Counted from the first letter of the stretch, positions 1 to 12,740 are shown. The stretch is 64,000 nucleotides of DNA from Selaginella moellendorffii (GCF_000143415.4 NW_003314310.1:800611-864610), one strand, 5' to 3'. The notes: generated by a model not told the origin, from the letters alone. Program-made: numbers and translations.

Positions 1-798
1 GAAAGGGAAATGAAGTGTGGAGTTTAGGGTTAGAGGGAAAACCTCTAAGCTAGAATTGGATGCTCAAATTGGGAAAAGTGATAAAAAAAGTAAAATAAAA
101 AATAAGAAAAAACAAAAGGGAAAACAAGGCATGAACCTAGACTCTAATCTCATAGGTATTCACACTTTGAACACACCCAACTCATCCCTAAAATTCTAGA
201 GAAGAAAGTGAAGTGAAGTGAATGCATTACACAATGAAGGTATGTGTGGAAAGAGATGAAAATTGCAGCCCAAAAAGTGATGAGATGGATGGGATTGGAA
301 TCTGCCTTATAGTGAATAATGGAGAGAACCATTTCTAATGTGATGTAGTAAGACTAGAAGTAGCAATCAATATATTGTCAAGATTTTATGAAGAGCATGT
401 TGCGACCCAAGATGAACTGGCTTCTATGGCCAATGCAACTGGAAGAATGTGGATGTAGGAGACTTTTCTACTCTAGTGATGAATGTTTGGATGTCTATTC
501 CATGCAAGCCCAATCAACTAAAGAAAAGAGTTGGAATGCCCCTGCATTTACTGCAAATCTCATGCAATGATGGTTCAAGTTGTATTTTTTGTCTCTAACA
601 TCCAAAAGTTTAATTTCTACTGTGTTTGAAAGTCTTCTTGATATAGTAATGTTGGAAGATCCTAAGTACCATGTGTGAATGGTGCAAAACTAATAAAAAA
701 CCAAGATTGAGCATGTGTGATAATGGAATGTAGTGACTATGAAATTGAATAGAGTGATTTTTGAAATTGTAGTGACTATGAAATTAAATAGAGTGATT

Positions 799-1248
799 CT
801 CTCTATATTTGAACCCCATGGATTGTCTTTTAAGTTGTTCTCTTTGGTTGCTTACAATCTACCACGCTTTCCTGCAAGTTCACGCCCTCGTGAACGGAAG
901 CTAAGAGCTGCAACTCTCCCGAGAGCTCTGCTCTCCTGACACCCTACCCCTCGGGTTAAGCCCAGCTGGAGCATGGACCCTTGCCAAATATCAATCAACA
1001 TGTGGTATGATTCCCCTAGTCAACCAACAGAGTTGAACTTAAAACCTCTGATACCAAATATAAGCTCCTGAATTTGGACTTCTTGGGAGGTCACCTAGCC
1101 TAATATTCAAACCCAAGGACTTTTAACCCTAATATCCCAAGACCTTTAACCGATTGAAAAAGGGGGTGCACTCTTGTTTATAAGCCCTTTCTCTTTATAT
1201 TTAAATCCTATAGATCATCTATCAAATCATTCTTTTTGGTTGCTTATA
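799..1248 (-). mobile_element. 5S-rRNA-bearing TRIM (Cassandra-like), copy A; 3' LTR truncated
   Basis: LTR 1059-1248 (tataagctcc...tgcttata, decayed TGTAAGC..GCTTACA) contains a degenerate 5S internal control region on the minus strand. PBS-Met reverse complement ctctgatacca at 1046-1056. Non-coding internal region about 200 bp. PPT-like segment next to a second LTR remnant at 799-856. Homologous to 43156-43515. Confidence 0.85.
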
Positions 1249-1249
1249 G

Positions 1250-3000
1250 CATGGTATTGATTACTTAAACCAAAAAACTAATCCTTACAATCTTGATTGA
1301 TCCACTTATAATTATGCCTAAGAAGGATCCACTAATGCTATACTAAATAGCTACAAACCAGCTTATTTACCACTCATAGCAAACCTAAGAAAGGTTTACT
1401 TTTATTCATGGTAATATGGAATAACTCATAGAACTAATGATAGGCTAATATTAATCTTGCCAACTAAAAATGTAACCTTGAATTGCTAATGTGTCTCACT
1501 TACAAAAACTCATGCAAATGCATACAGCCAAGGAGCGAAGGAACTGAAGCACAAAATAACTCTTGAGTGTTTAATTTAAGAAGTGAAGGGACAAAAGCAC
1601 AAAGTGAAGAAACAAGTGGTGGCTTAACGCAAGGATATGAATACTTTATTAGTTAATATGGTATAGAGCTTGGGTTTGAACTCAAAATAAAAATAGGCAT
1701 GTAACCATGGAGTTAAACTGAAGTTCAAGTTAGTTGCCACCTACCCACTATCTTTATTATATATTTGGAACCCCCCCCAACCCCTGCCCCCCCACCCCCC
1801 CAAAGGTAATCCACACTTTAGGATATCACCCTAATCCCAAAAATGCACACTTTAAACTTTCACCCCAATCCTAGGAGTTAGTCTCTAGGACATGGGATTA
1901 ACACCATGGGGTTTAGGACACTCTCTATATTTAGTATTAGTAGATATGTCTCTTAAGCAAATCTAAAAACTTACCATAAATAACATATGGATTTGGAACG
2001 GAACCAACATATAAAGGATGATAATAAGAGTGTTTTAGCGGACACAATAAAGTATCATTTAGCTAATATTGAGGGACTAACCTTAATAGTGTAAGGGCTC
2101 CCAACACTAGCAAGTGCAAGTAATGAGTTTTTTTATCACCATGTCAAGTATATTTTACTTAATGACAATTTAGGATTTCTTTTATTAGTGCCCTTCCGGT
2201 AAGTTCACATATGCTGGCTAGTTTCTCAACTAGTTTAGGTGGAAATTATAAAGGAAACCAACAGTACCAATCTCCTACCATTATGCTAGTAAGGAAAGAG
2301 TATTTATAAAAACTAGCTGATAAATATCTTTTGATATATGAAGTCATATTTACAGCATAAGTGAACCCTTTGATGATATTCTTTGAAAGAATGATGAAAA
2401 GGTTATTAACTTATTCACATAAAATCCCTTTACTATTCATATGACTCTTTATTTTTCAATAACATTAACAAAATGTTGTTGATGCCAAACCCTTCACTTA
2501 AGAAATAGAGAATGTTAATTTGGAAAATGCTTATGACACTAATATGTGTGGCCAACTTCATTACATGCTCTATAATGAACATCACAACCACATCTACATC
2601 CTTGCCATTGTTCTTGAGCATAAGTAGCAACAACATTAACCTCCATTAGAATATAATCATTTCACATAAGAAGTGGAGTTGAAGTATGTGCAATTACAAG
2701 TGGGAGAAGTGATGTCTCATGATATTATGCCAATCAAAGAGCATTGTCAAAGGCAGCTAAGGCATACATGCATAAATCCTATAAAATCTTGATGAAGTGC
2801 TAATCATAACATACCCAACTTGATCTGCTTTAGTATATTCATTTCTACATGAAGCAAAATGCTCTAGAAATAAACACTAAATTACATAATTGACTCAAAT
2901 GGCCTTTGATAAAAATAATACAATTGCTAAAAGGCATTATCATAATTGCTAACATGTCCAAATATGTGCTTGAAGGAGTCTAGGAGAAAGCTCTAATTTA
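1250..3000 (-). mobile_element. Degenerate LTR retrotransposon debris (same family as 23775-38300, plus a possible Ty1/copia RNase H remnant)
   Basis: 1290-1510 resembles 29440-29650 and 39420-39620. 1520-2330 resembles pieces of the 23775-24906 LTR. The minus-strand translation near 2480-2690 has faint copia RNase H-like residues with stops. Confidence 0.55.
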
Positions 3001-3110
3001 CACAAGTGGCTATGCTAAAACCATAAGTCTATGGACGATGAAGATTCAAAGCAGAAGGAGAAAGAAAGGAGAACTAACCATAGAGTGATCAATAAAACCA
3101 CAATCGCAAA

Positions 3111-5423
3111 TTAAAGGCCTACTTTGGAAATACTATTTATCAATTTCCCTGCCTCCTCCGTTCTCCCAGCTCGCAGCAATCCATCTACGATCGCAAGACA
3201 ATCCTCCTCCGCCGGCTCGCATTCCCTGCTCCTGAGCTCCTCCACCACCGCCATCGCTTTGTCAATCTCGCGAGCCTTACACAGTCCACGTATAAGCGCC
3301 GAGAAAGCTTGCTCGGGAACTAAGTTGGCGGCCGAGGAGCTCTTCTTTGCTTTCCTCCTCATCACCTCGAACAGCTCGTAAGCGATCTCCATCCTGCCCG
3401 TCCTGGAGAATCCTTCCAAGAGCGTCGTGTAAGTCACCATTCCCGGCTCCAAACCGTGAGCCGCCATAGCCACCAAGAGCTTCCAGGCCTCGTCCATGTC
3501 TCCCAGCCGACACAGCGCTCCAATGACGCTATTGAAAGTACCCACGCTCGGCTCCACTCTCTTGTTCACCATCTCCTCCAAAAGCGTAAGAGCCTCCTCC
3601 GTCCTATCGGTGCCGCAAAGCCCCTCGATCACGATGGTGTAAGTCACCACGTCCGGCTTGTCTACGTTCTTGAGCACCTCCATGGCGTGGTTCACTCTCC
3701 CGGCCTTGCACAGCCCGTCGATCAGGCTGCTGTAAGTCACAGCGTTTGGAGCGACGTTCCTGGCGATCATCTCCTGGATAAACTCGGCAGCCTCGACGAA
3801 TCTCTTGGCTCTCGAGTAACCGGCGACAACGATGCTGTAAGTCACCACGTCCGGATCAATGCCCGCCGCGGTCTTCATGTTCTCGAGCAGGAAGCGAGCC
3901 TCTTCCAGCCGGCTCGCGTTGCAAAATCCTCGCACCAGGCACGTATAAGTTATCCGGTCCGGAAGGCATGACTTTGCAGCCATCTCTTTGAAGAGCTGTT
4001 TGGCCTCTTCGATCCTTCCCAGCCGGCAATATCCGTCGAGCAGCGCGTTGTACGAGACCGTGTCGGCAGGGCAGCACGTAGCAGTCATCTCATCCATGAG
4101 GAGCCGGGCAGCGTCGACTTTGTGCGCAGCGCAAAGGCCGTGGATGAGTGTTGTGTAAGTGACGACGTTTGGGACGCAACCTTTGCTCGTCATCCTCCGG
4201 AACAAGTCGAGAGCTTGATCCAAATCTCCTGCCTTGCAGAGACCGTGAAGCAGGCTGCTGTAAGTCACCACGTTTGGAACGCACTTCCGGCCCTCCATGA
4301 CCCCCAACATCTTCATTGCCTTCTCCAAGTTGCCACTCTTGCAAAAGCCGTCGATGAGAGCGGTGTAAGTCACGACGTCGGGCTTCCAAGCTCCATCCTC
4401 TCGCATTTCCATCTCCTGGAAGAGCTCGTACGCCTCGCCAATCCTTCGTTCTCGGCAGAGACCGGTAATGAGAGCGCTGCTACTCACGGCATCCAGGCGA
4501 CAAGAGCTTGTGAGAATCTCTTTGTAGAGCTTGAGAGCCTCATCCACCTTTCTCGCGTTGCACCACCCTGTGATGAGAGCCGAGAATGTAAACTTGTCAG
4601 GCTCTACGCCTTTAAGTTTCATCTCTCTCACCATCTCGCAAGCGCGATCCATTTTGCCGTCTCTACACAAGCCGTCGACCACGCTGGTGTAAGTCACAAC
4701 GTCCGGAGCCATTCCATCCCTGGTCACCATCTCTCGCAAGATCTCGCAGGCCCTGTCCATCTCTCCTTGCTTGCAAAACCCGTTGATCACAGTGCTGTAA
4801 GTCACCAGATCCGGAGCTACAGACTTTCCATCTCTCATCTCTTTGAGCACCTCGTATGCTTTGCTCGTCAGCCTTGCCTTGCACAGACCATTCACCACGA
4901 CGTTGTAAGTCCTCTCGTTGGGCGCCACGAATTCTCTCATCTTCTCGAAGCACGCCAGCGCCTGCTTGAGCTGATTCGCCTTGCAAAACCCGTCGATGAT
5001 GATCGTCCAAGTCACCACCGTCGGCTGGCACTCCATCCCCTTGACGATCTCCATCGCCTTTGCCATGTTTCTGGCCTTGCAATATCCGTGAATGACCGCA
5101 TTGTAAGCCGAGGCACTGGAAGAAACCCCGGCGCTCTTCATCTCCTCCAGGAGCTGGGACGCGGCGTGCAAATCCCCATTCCGGCAGAGTTTCTGGACGA
5201 GAATCGCGACAGTAGAGGCGGAGCTCCCGCCCGAGGAAGAATCGAGGAGGAGAGAGCAAGCCTCTTTGATCCTGTGAGCTCGAATTAACGAGCTTACCCT
5301 GTCGTGATCGCCGGCATTGTCGATGCTCACCGCGGCCGTCGTCGCTCTGCGCGATACAATTCGTCGGCCACCGCATCGCTCGCAATCCAGGATCACCGCG
5401 GCCCTCGCCACAGGCCATTCCAT
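3111..5423 (-). CDS. P-class pentatricopeptide repeat (PPR) protein, single exon, 770 aa
   Basis: About 18-19 tandem 35-aa repeats (PDVVTYTALIDGFCKSGNLEKAMKMLGVMEGRKCV-type). No E/DYW tail. No introns. Confidence 0.95.
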   Translation of the reverse strand: MEWPVARAAVILDCERCGGRRIVSRRATTAAVSIDNAGDHDRVSSLIRAHRIKEACSLLLDSSSGGSSASTVAILVQKLCRNGDLHAASQLLEEMKSAGVSSSASAYNAVIHGYCKARNMAKAMEIVKGMECQPTVVTWTIIIDGFCKANQLKQALACFEKMREFVAPNERTYNVVVNGLCKARLTSKAYEVLKEMRDGKSVAPDLVTYSTVINGFCKQGEMDRACEILREMVTRDGMAPDVVTYTSVVDGLCRDGKMDRACEMVREMKLKGVEPDKFTFSALITGWCNARKVDEALKLYKEILTSSCRLDAVSSSALITGLCRERRIGEAYELFQEMEMREDGAWKPDVVTYTALIDGFCKSGNLEKAMKMLGVMEGRKCVPNVVTYSSLLHGLCKAGDLDQALDLFRRMTSKGCVPNVVTYTTLIHGLCAAHKVDAARLLMDEMTATCCPADTVSYNALLDGYCRLGRIEEAKQLFKEMAAKSCLPDRITYTCLVRGFCNASRLEEARFLLENMKTAAGIDPDVVTYSIVVAGYSRAKRFVEAAEFIQEMIARNVAPNAVTYSSLIDGLCKAGRVNHAMEVLKNVDKPDVVTYTIVIEGLCGTDRTEEALTLLEEMVNKRVEPSVGTFNSVIGALCRLGDMDEAWKLLVAMAAHGLEPGMVTYTTLLEGFSRTGRMEIAYELFEVMRRKAKKSSSAANLVPEQAFSALIRGLCKAREIDKAMAVVEELRSRECEPAEEDCLAIVDGLLRAGRTEEAGKLINSISKVGL

Positions 5424-5912
5424 AAGCCCTAAATCTTCAAATTCTTACCTTTTACCAATTTGCGTTTTTACCATTTGGCCGCCACGTAATCATCAAGATG
5501 ATGTGTCAGCCAAGCAGGCTCTACGTGTCTGCCACGTACGCCTTACGTATCAGCCCGTCTCGGTGACGGGCCGGTTGCCCGTCAGGCCCTTCGAGGTGCC
5601 GTATTGAAACCCTGATTTTCACGAGCAGAGGCTCTGTGTCAGATCCTCGCGCGCTGGCGATCGCGGCGGATTGTCGATACCACAGGCGCAATCGCCAGAT
5701 CGTGGCAAGCATTCCTAGGTGAGCACGGATTGGTAGGGTTTCGAGGCGCGAATTGGCGCAATCTGGAAATGTTTGCCGTGGCTCTGGATCGAGCAGGATG
5801 ATCGTCAGATAACAGCGGCCGGATTCTAGCTAGATCGCTCCTGCGATGCGGGAATCTCGAGAATTGGCAGCTTCTACGCGCATTGGCTGGCGCTGGTCTT
5901 AGGAAGGGGGCC

Positions 5913-8846
5913 ATGGCGGAGGAGGATCGCAGCGATCGGCAATCTCTCCTTCAGCCATTTACTCCAGATGTCGGGGAGGGCGCCCCCGGCGATATTCCGC
6001 GCAAGAGGGTCAGCTTCAAAGATCAGGACGTGGAGAGGACGTCTCTCGTCCATTTCGGGCAGGACGAGATCGTTTCCAGCGAGAGCGATGCCGAGGCATT
6101 GCTTCAGCCGGCATCAAGCTCGTCGGATCCAGCGGCCCAGTTTGACGTGGAGGCTCAGCAACCGGTTGTTACAAAGGAGAGGATCAGTATCAAAGACAAG
6201 GACATCGAAGCTAGGCGATCGGTGGCGCTGGAAAGAGCTCGCAGCTTTCAGGCCAGACTGAGTAGCGGGCCTGTTTTGTTGCGGCGCAGCTCCATGGCTC
6301 ACGTCCGAGAGAGAGTGAGAGAAGTTCCTCCGGAATGGGCGTTGCTTCTCATGGGATGCTTTCTCGGGTTTTCGACTGGTCTGGCAGTAGTACTATTCGT
6401 TAGGACGGTGAGTTCTTCGTGTTCTTTCTTTTTTCTCTTTTCTAACCTTCTTCGCAACTCATTTCTTTCTTGTGTTGGACCTTTAACAGGAGCATTTGAT
6501 ACACGATTTTGCTTGGGCCGGCACGCCAGAAGAAGGTGCCGCATGGCTTCGAGAGCAAAAGCTTGCAGACACTTGGCATCGACTGATGCTGGTTCCTGTG
6601 TCTGGGGGGATCGTTGTCGGCGTCATGCACACGTTGTTAAGTATACTTGACCAAGTTAAGGCATCCAGGACACAGGAGAGACGAGGGAAGGTAGACTACT
6701 TGGCGGCATCGGTGCCAGCGATCAAAGCCATGCAAGCGGCTGTGACGCTGGGAACAGGAAACTCTCTCGGACCCGAAGGACCGAGTGTGGATATCGGCAA
6801 GGCTTGTGCGCACGGGTGCTCGGAGCTGATGAAAAACAACAGGGAAAGACGTATAGCACTCGTAGCAGCCGGTGCTGCGGCGGGTATAGCTGCAGGTTCG
6901 TGTTTTTTTCCTTCTTGATTGTGGTAACTAAATCCTCGTTTAATAGGTTTTAATGCTCCCGTTTCTGGGTGTTTTTTCGCGATTGAAACGGTCTTGAGAC
7001 CCTTGCATGCCGAGAATTCTCCACCCCTTACAACCGCAATGATCATCCTGGCTTCGGTCATCTCTTCTACAGTATCACAAGTTTTAAATGGAGAGAAGAG
7101 TGCATTTACAGTNNNNNNNNNNNNNNNNNNNNNNNNNNNNNNNNNNNNNNNNNNNNNNNNNNNNNNNNNNNNNNNNNNNNNNNNNNNNNNNNNNNNNNNN
7201 NNNNNNNNNNNNTACTTTGAACTCACGTTTTCTCTTGTGTTGCAGAGCTTCCACTCTATCTAATGCTTGGAATGCTCTGCGGCGTTGTTAGCGTCATCTT
7301 CACCAGGCTGGTTGCATTTTTTACAGGCATGTTTGAATTCGTAAAAGAGCGCGTTGGTATTCCACTTTCTGTTACTCCGGCCATGGGGGGTCTTGGCATC
7401 GGCCTGCTTGCGTTGGCTTATCCGGGAGTGCTGTATTGGGGATTCACAAACGTGAACGAGATCATGCACTCCGGTAAAGACGCATCAGCTCCAGGAACTT
7501 CACTTTTGACACAGCTAGTCATTGCTAAGGTCGTCTCAACAGCGTTTTCAAAAGGCTCTGCTCTGGTGGGAGGTGTGTATGCTCCAAGCCTATTTATCGG
7601 TTCTGCGCTTGGCTCGGTTTACGGATCTATCATGGGTACTATTATAAACGCGGCAATACCTAATGCTGTAGCTCATCCGCAAGCTTATGCTTTGGTAAGT
7701 AATCTGTGTATCAGTCGGAGGAAAAGAGAAACTTACCTCTGTCCTTTTATTTCTGTGCAGGTAGGAATGGCAGCAATGCTAGCAGCTGTTTGCTCCGTTC
7801 CTTTGACGTCGGTTCTTTTGCTTTTCGAGCTTACCAAGGACTACCATATTCTACTTCCTCTTCTGGTACGTTCAGTTTTCTGGTGACATGACAATGTTAG
7901 TCTAAGGCATGAATCCGGTGGATAGGGAGCAGTAGGCCTGGCATTTTGGGTTGCTTCTGTTGCGAAGCAAAAGCAAATTATTGGAATAGCAGAAGATCTC
8001 GAAATGCAGCCTAGCATACGCCGGAAAGTCTGGCGGAGGAAAGGCGAGACAGACGAAGTAGAGCTTTGCACTGTGGAGGGCTACATTGCAGAAGATGAGA
8101 TCCCAGAGGATGAGCTTTTGGACGAAATTAAGGTAAAAGTAACTTGCTTTTTTGTGGCTCCCCGTTGATGAACCTTTTGGATCCCTCAGGTTGCGCAGGC
8201 AATGACGAAAACTTACGTCAAAGTCCAAGCAACGGCAACGGTGAAAGAAGCCGTGGCTGCTATGCTCAGTGTACAACAACGCTGTGTCATCGTCGTGGAT
8301 GACAATGAGCTCCTCGAAGGGATCATGACTCTAGCTGACTTACACAAGGAAGTGATAAGAGCGGCTATGGCCACATCCCGGGGAGACGTGACCGTCCTAG
8401 AGGTATACTTGTGTCCTCTTATTTTTTTCCAGAGCTGACATGCTTGCTTTCTCCACAGGTGGATAGCATGCTAGTTGCGGCAATCTGCACGGGCCAAGGC
8501 CGGACACTTGGAGACGATAACGAGTTACTGATTTGCTACCCTGACATGACCTTGAAGATGGCGCAGCAGCTCATGGAGCAGAAGCGATTTCATCAGCTGC
8601 CGGTTGTTTCCAGAGCTGGGCAGCAATGGCAAGAACGGGGCAGGAAGGTCGTTGGCCTTTTCTACGTTGACACGATCTCAGCCACTGTGAGGTATGCTCA
8701 AAACACTTGAAAGCTTGGTTGGTGCTCATGTCTCTTTTCTTTTCGTTTTCGCCAGAGCTGAGGCGCGGAAGAGGATCATGGCTTTGCATGCATTGAGACA
8801 ACCAAAAGAAGACGAAAAGGACGACGTGTTTGGCCACGGACATTAA
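5913..8846 (+). CDS. CLC-f: CLC-family chloride channel/transporter, CLC-f type, multi-exon with C-terminal CBS domains
   Basis: Exons encode TLGTGNSLGPEGPSVDIGK (gating Glu), NNRERRIALVAAGAAAG, AGFNA, GGVYAPSLFIG and VPLTSVLLLFELTKDY, plus CBS-like segments. GT-AG introns. ATG at 5913, last exon ends GHGH-TAA at 8846. An assembly gap lies inside. Confidence 0.92.
7113..7212. other. Assembly gap (100 N) inside the CLC gene
   Basis: Run of N. Confidence 0.99.
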
Positions 8847-9074
8847 AATTGCGGGGGTACGTTGTATACTTGTAGATACGCGAGTTGATTGATTCGGGGT
8901 GAGCTGTGATATTGGCTTATACCTCGCGAGAAATTTTCAAAAGGTTTTAAACACATTTGAGCAGGTACTTCTAAGTGGAAACGAACACTGGAAAGTTAAG
9001 AAAAGAAGTCCTGATTAAAATCTAAGATACCATTCCGAGACATTAAAAAAAAGGGGGGGGTAAGAGTTTTTCTC

Positions 9075-11425
9075 TCAATCGATCTTCACTGACGCGTATA
9101 TGGTGCGTACGAACCAGTAGCACGCGTAGAAGCCTATCGTGCCCGTGAAGACGAAGAAGCAGTAGGAGATGATGGCCATATAGCCGAAGTACAGGATCCC
9201 GGACGTGACCTTGGTGATCTCCAGCTTGGTGAAGAAGTAAAAGGTGGCGTAGAGGAAGAGGTAGAACGCCGAGGAGCCGGACGTGAAGTAGGCCCTCCAC
9301 CACCAGTTGTAGTCCTCGCTGCAGAGCTGGAAGTAGCACAGCACGATGGTGATCTCGGCGCAGGTGACCATGAGTATCAAGAAGACGATGAAGAGGAAGC
9401 CGAAGATGTAGTAGAACTGGTGGAGCCAGATGGAGGTGAGGATGAAGAAGAGCTCGATGAACACTGCTCCAAACGGCAGGATGCCGCCGATGAGAACCGA
9501 GAAGAGCGGCCGCATGTACCACGCCTGCTCGGGTATCTGCCGGGGGATCTTGTTGGTCCTGACCGGGTCCTCGATGGCGGGCTTCTTGTAACCGAGGTAG
9601 CTCCCTAGGAAAACCAGAGGGACCGAGATGCCGAACCACAGGAGGACGAGCACGAACATGGTCGAGAAGGGGATGGCCCCCGACGACTTCTCGCCCCAGA
9701 TGATCGTGTTGAGGACGAAGAAGGCCGAGAAGACGATGCCCGGGAACATGCACGCCGTCTTCACGGTGATGGACTTCCACTCGGTTCCCTTGAAGGCCTT
9801 GTAGAGCCGCGAGGAAGAGTAGCCGGCTACTGCTCCCATGCCCACCCAGATGAGCAGCATCACGGTCATAAGGCCGCCCCGGTTGGAAGGAGATAGGAAG
9901 CCGAGCAGCGCGAAGAACATGGTCACCAGAGTCATGCCCAGGAACTGGACGCCGGTGCCGGCGTAGACGCAGAGCTGGCCTGCGTGAACCGGGGCGCGGA
10001 AAACATCTCCGTGGACAAGCTTCCATCCGGTCTCCTCCTGTGCTTCTTCTTGCGTCTCCAGCTGGTTGTACTTGGAGATGTCGCGGTGTAGAGTCCGGAG
10101 CATGATCATGGCCACCATTCCGGAGAGGAACAGGACGATCATCAGCGAGTTGATGATCGAAAACCAGTGGATCTGGTCGTCGGACATGTAGAGATACATA
10201 TCCCATCTCGAAGCCCATCTCACTGGACTAAACTGCATAAAAGAAAACAAACACGCAAAGTTACAAGGCGCAGAATTTTTCCAAAAACTTTCACCTGGAA
10301 GGCAACATCGTAGGTGAATATGATCTCCTCGTTCGCTTCAACCTCTTGGAAAGGTTGATCGGCACCAACGCGCCTTTTACCATCGCGAGAACAAGTTGAG
10401 AGTTTCGTGTCCGCGGGGCCATTCCAGGACTTCTCAACCTCGTGCTTTACACTAGACAATAGAAAAAGCATTCAAGAAAACGTCCGTGCGAAGGGACAGA
10501 CAGACCTGAAAGGAGTGACTTCAAACCCGACAATACGCGATGTCTTATAGTTCGGATCTTTGTGAATGTGTACGACGAAAGACAAGTGATTGTAAATAAA
10601 ATGCTTCTCCACACTGGCCTGCGAATAAACAATTGTTTGTGGTTGGCCCGCAAAGAACTAGAACCATAAACAATGCACGTACTTCATTGACATAGCTGCC
10701 TTTGAATCCGACGTGATAGCCACGGTCGTATGCCTTGTAAGACGGATCAGCCGTGGGTTTAAGTCTCGCCAAAGGAAGATTGTCGAGTATCCTGCAAAAG
10801 AGAAACATAAAAATCTCTTACGAGCCATGAAACGTGCTCTTACATGTTGACATGATACTCCTCGTTGATCTTCCTCTTGAACTTCCTCGCATTTTTCTTC
10901 GACAGCTTGTCCGTCTTACAGACGATATTGCAGTACGAGTCCTCGAGCATCCGGAACTACACCACAGCATTAGCATCCTTTTTCTTTTCTTTTTTTCTCC
11001 CTTGGCTAAAGGTAGAGATGAAACTCACCACATAAGGAGAATTCTCGATGCGATCTCCTCGAAGAACCTCGCCCAGATTCTCAGCGCTGTTGAGGACCTT
11101 CCCCGGCTTGCAAAATGCCAAGGAATAGTAATCATAAGGAAGTTGCGTCTTCACGGACGTGAGCTTGTTCACTTTGACCTGGAGCTCGTCCCCCTGGAAC
11201 AAGAAAGCCAAGATCTAAGACCTAGTTCCGCAATGCGCGCCTCCCAGCGCTAGATCTTGCCCATTCCAACGCGGATTCGCAGAATGTGGGCAAAAAAGAA
11301 CCGGATTTTCTCACCTGATTGAAATCCTGGGGAGCGACGCCGGGAAGATAGAATCCGGCGCACGGCTCCAGCAGCAGCGCCACGAGCAGTATCGCGGTGG
11401 GGATCCAGCGCCTCGCCTGCGCCAT
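9075..11425 (-). CDS. Transmembrane 9 superfamily / EMP70 (TMN) protein, multi-exon
   Basis: Signal peptide then FYLPGVAP; [20 protein letters not shown]; [15 protein letters not shown]; IHWFSIINS; [14 protein letters not shown]; nine TM helices; C-terminal KxD (VKID) Golgi-retention motif. Confidence 0.96.
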
Positions 11426-11726
11426 GGCAGCTCCACCCTAGCTAGGCACACCAAAAGAGAGAGGCCAAAGAACTGGGCAATGGCCGCCGTACGCTACGGA
11501 AGGCATATCTGCTCTCCTAATTAGCGGACTTTTGCGTCCATGCAGAGCACGCGGTTCGAATCGCATCACTTATAAAATGCGCTGATAATTTTCCTGGCTC
11601 TTGTGGATATTTTGATTTTGCTTAGGTTTATTAGCTTAGTTAAAGGAATATCCAAAACCATTTCTAGAAAAATCACAGGAAAAAAGATGTTTAATTAACG
11701 ACTTGTGGTGTATTAAAAAACTGTAA

Positions 11727-11807
11727 GTCAGGATGGCCGAGTTGGTCTAAGGCGCTAGTTTCAGGTACTAGTTCGCATGGGCATGGGTTCGAATCCCATT
11801 TCTGACA
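11727..11807 (+). tRNA. trnL-CAG: tRNA-Leu(CAG)
   Basis: Acceptor stem GTCAGGA/TTCTGAC. A-box TGGCCGAGTTGG. Anticodon arm CTAGT-TTCAGGT-ACTAG. Long variable arm. T-arm ATGGG-TTCGAAT-CCCAT. TTTT terminator at 11816-11819. Confidence 0.93.
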
Positions 11808-12204
11808 CCAGGTGGTTTTAATACATAAAAAGTAACTTTATAATTTAAATTAAATATATTTGAAAATAAATGGTTAGGAGTTAATTTAGATTATAAACTG
11901 ATAACAAATTTTATGTAGGAAATTGAAAATCATTCATTCATTCATTCATTAGCTGTTTACAAGGTCTCGTGGCGCCAACCAAAAATCATAAAACCGACAA
12001 ATTATAGCTGTTTTGATGATCTCGTGAACCACAACTCGTCATCCTTCTTGGCTTTCATTATTTGTACAAGCAAACGCTATCATTGCGTCCAAGGCTCGCA
12101 TTGAGCTGCGCAAAACCAAAGCATTCGACCGTTTACCTTCCCAAGTTCGAATCCCATTTACTGTAACATCCTGCTTGCCAGCGATTAGTGAAAATGTGGC
12201 AGCT

Positions 12205-12254
12205 TGCATGGCGGCGGTGACTGCCACGTACCTCACCACCTCTCCCCATATAAA
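12205..12254 (+). promoter_or_regulatory. RY element + ABRE + TATA upstream of Em gene 1
   Basis: TGCATG 12205-12210; GCCACGTA (reverse complement TACGTGGC, ABRE) 12223-12230; TATAAA 12249-12254. Confidence 0.65.
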
Positions 12255-12359
12255 CCCAACGAGGCACGAGAGGAGGTCCAACAATCGCTTTTAGACACAC
12301 AGCTCGATTGATAGATCTTCCAGCACTCAGCTTTTGAGCAAATCTCTCGTTACGGTAGT

Positions 12360-12740
12360 ATGGCCCAGGAAGCGCCAATCCAGGATACCAAGCAAGTGAA
12401 AGAGCTGCCAAGCGAGGAGAAGGAGGAGCTCGACCAGGCCGCGCGAGAGGGCCAGACGGTGGTGGCGGGAGGGACCGGTGGGAAGAGCTTGGATGCCCAG
12501 GTCCGTCTCGCCGAAGGTAAGAATCCATTGTTTCTCATCTTCCTTTGTGCATGGCTCTAATGCTACATTTTCATAGGACGTCACAAGGGTGGCGAGTCTC
12601 GCAAGCAGCAAATGGGCACCGAAGGGTACCAACAGATGGGACGCAAGGGCGGGCTGAGCACCATGGACAAGTCCGGCCAGGAGCGTATGGAGGAAGAGGG
12701 CATTCCAATCGACGAGTCCAAGTATAAAACCAAGAGTTAG
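12360..12740 (+). CDS. Em-like LEA group 1 (small hydrophilic seed) protein, 2 exons (12360-12516, 12577-12740), 106 aa
   Basis: [64 protein letters not shown]...[10 protein letters not shown]. Phase-1 intron after LAE-G. Confidence 0.93.

Noticed and set aside
3456-5418. Long alternative-frame and antisense ORFs over the PPR gene (e.g. 4122-5288 +, 388 aa)
   Set aside because: Shadow ORFs from GC-rich codon usage in a repetitive CDS; no recognisable domain.
9043-10218. 391-aa overlapping ORF in the TM9SF last exon
   Set aside because: Frame-shifted shadow of a very high-GC3 exon; low-complexity Leu/His/Arg translation.
12140-12165. GTTCGAATCCCATTT, a B-box-like copy of the tRNA-Leu 3' end
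   Set aside because: No A-box, acceptor stem or cloverleaf around it; too short to call a tRNA or SINE.
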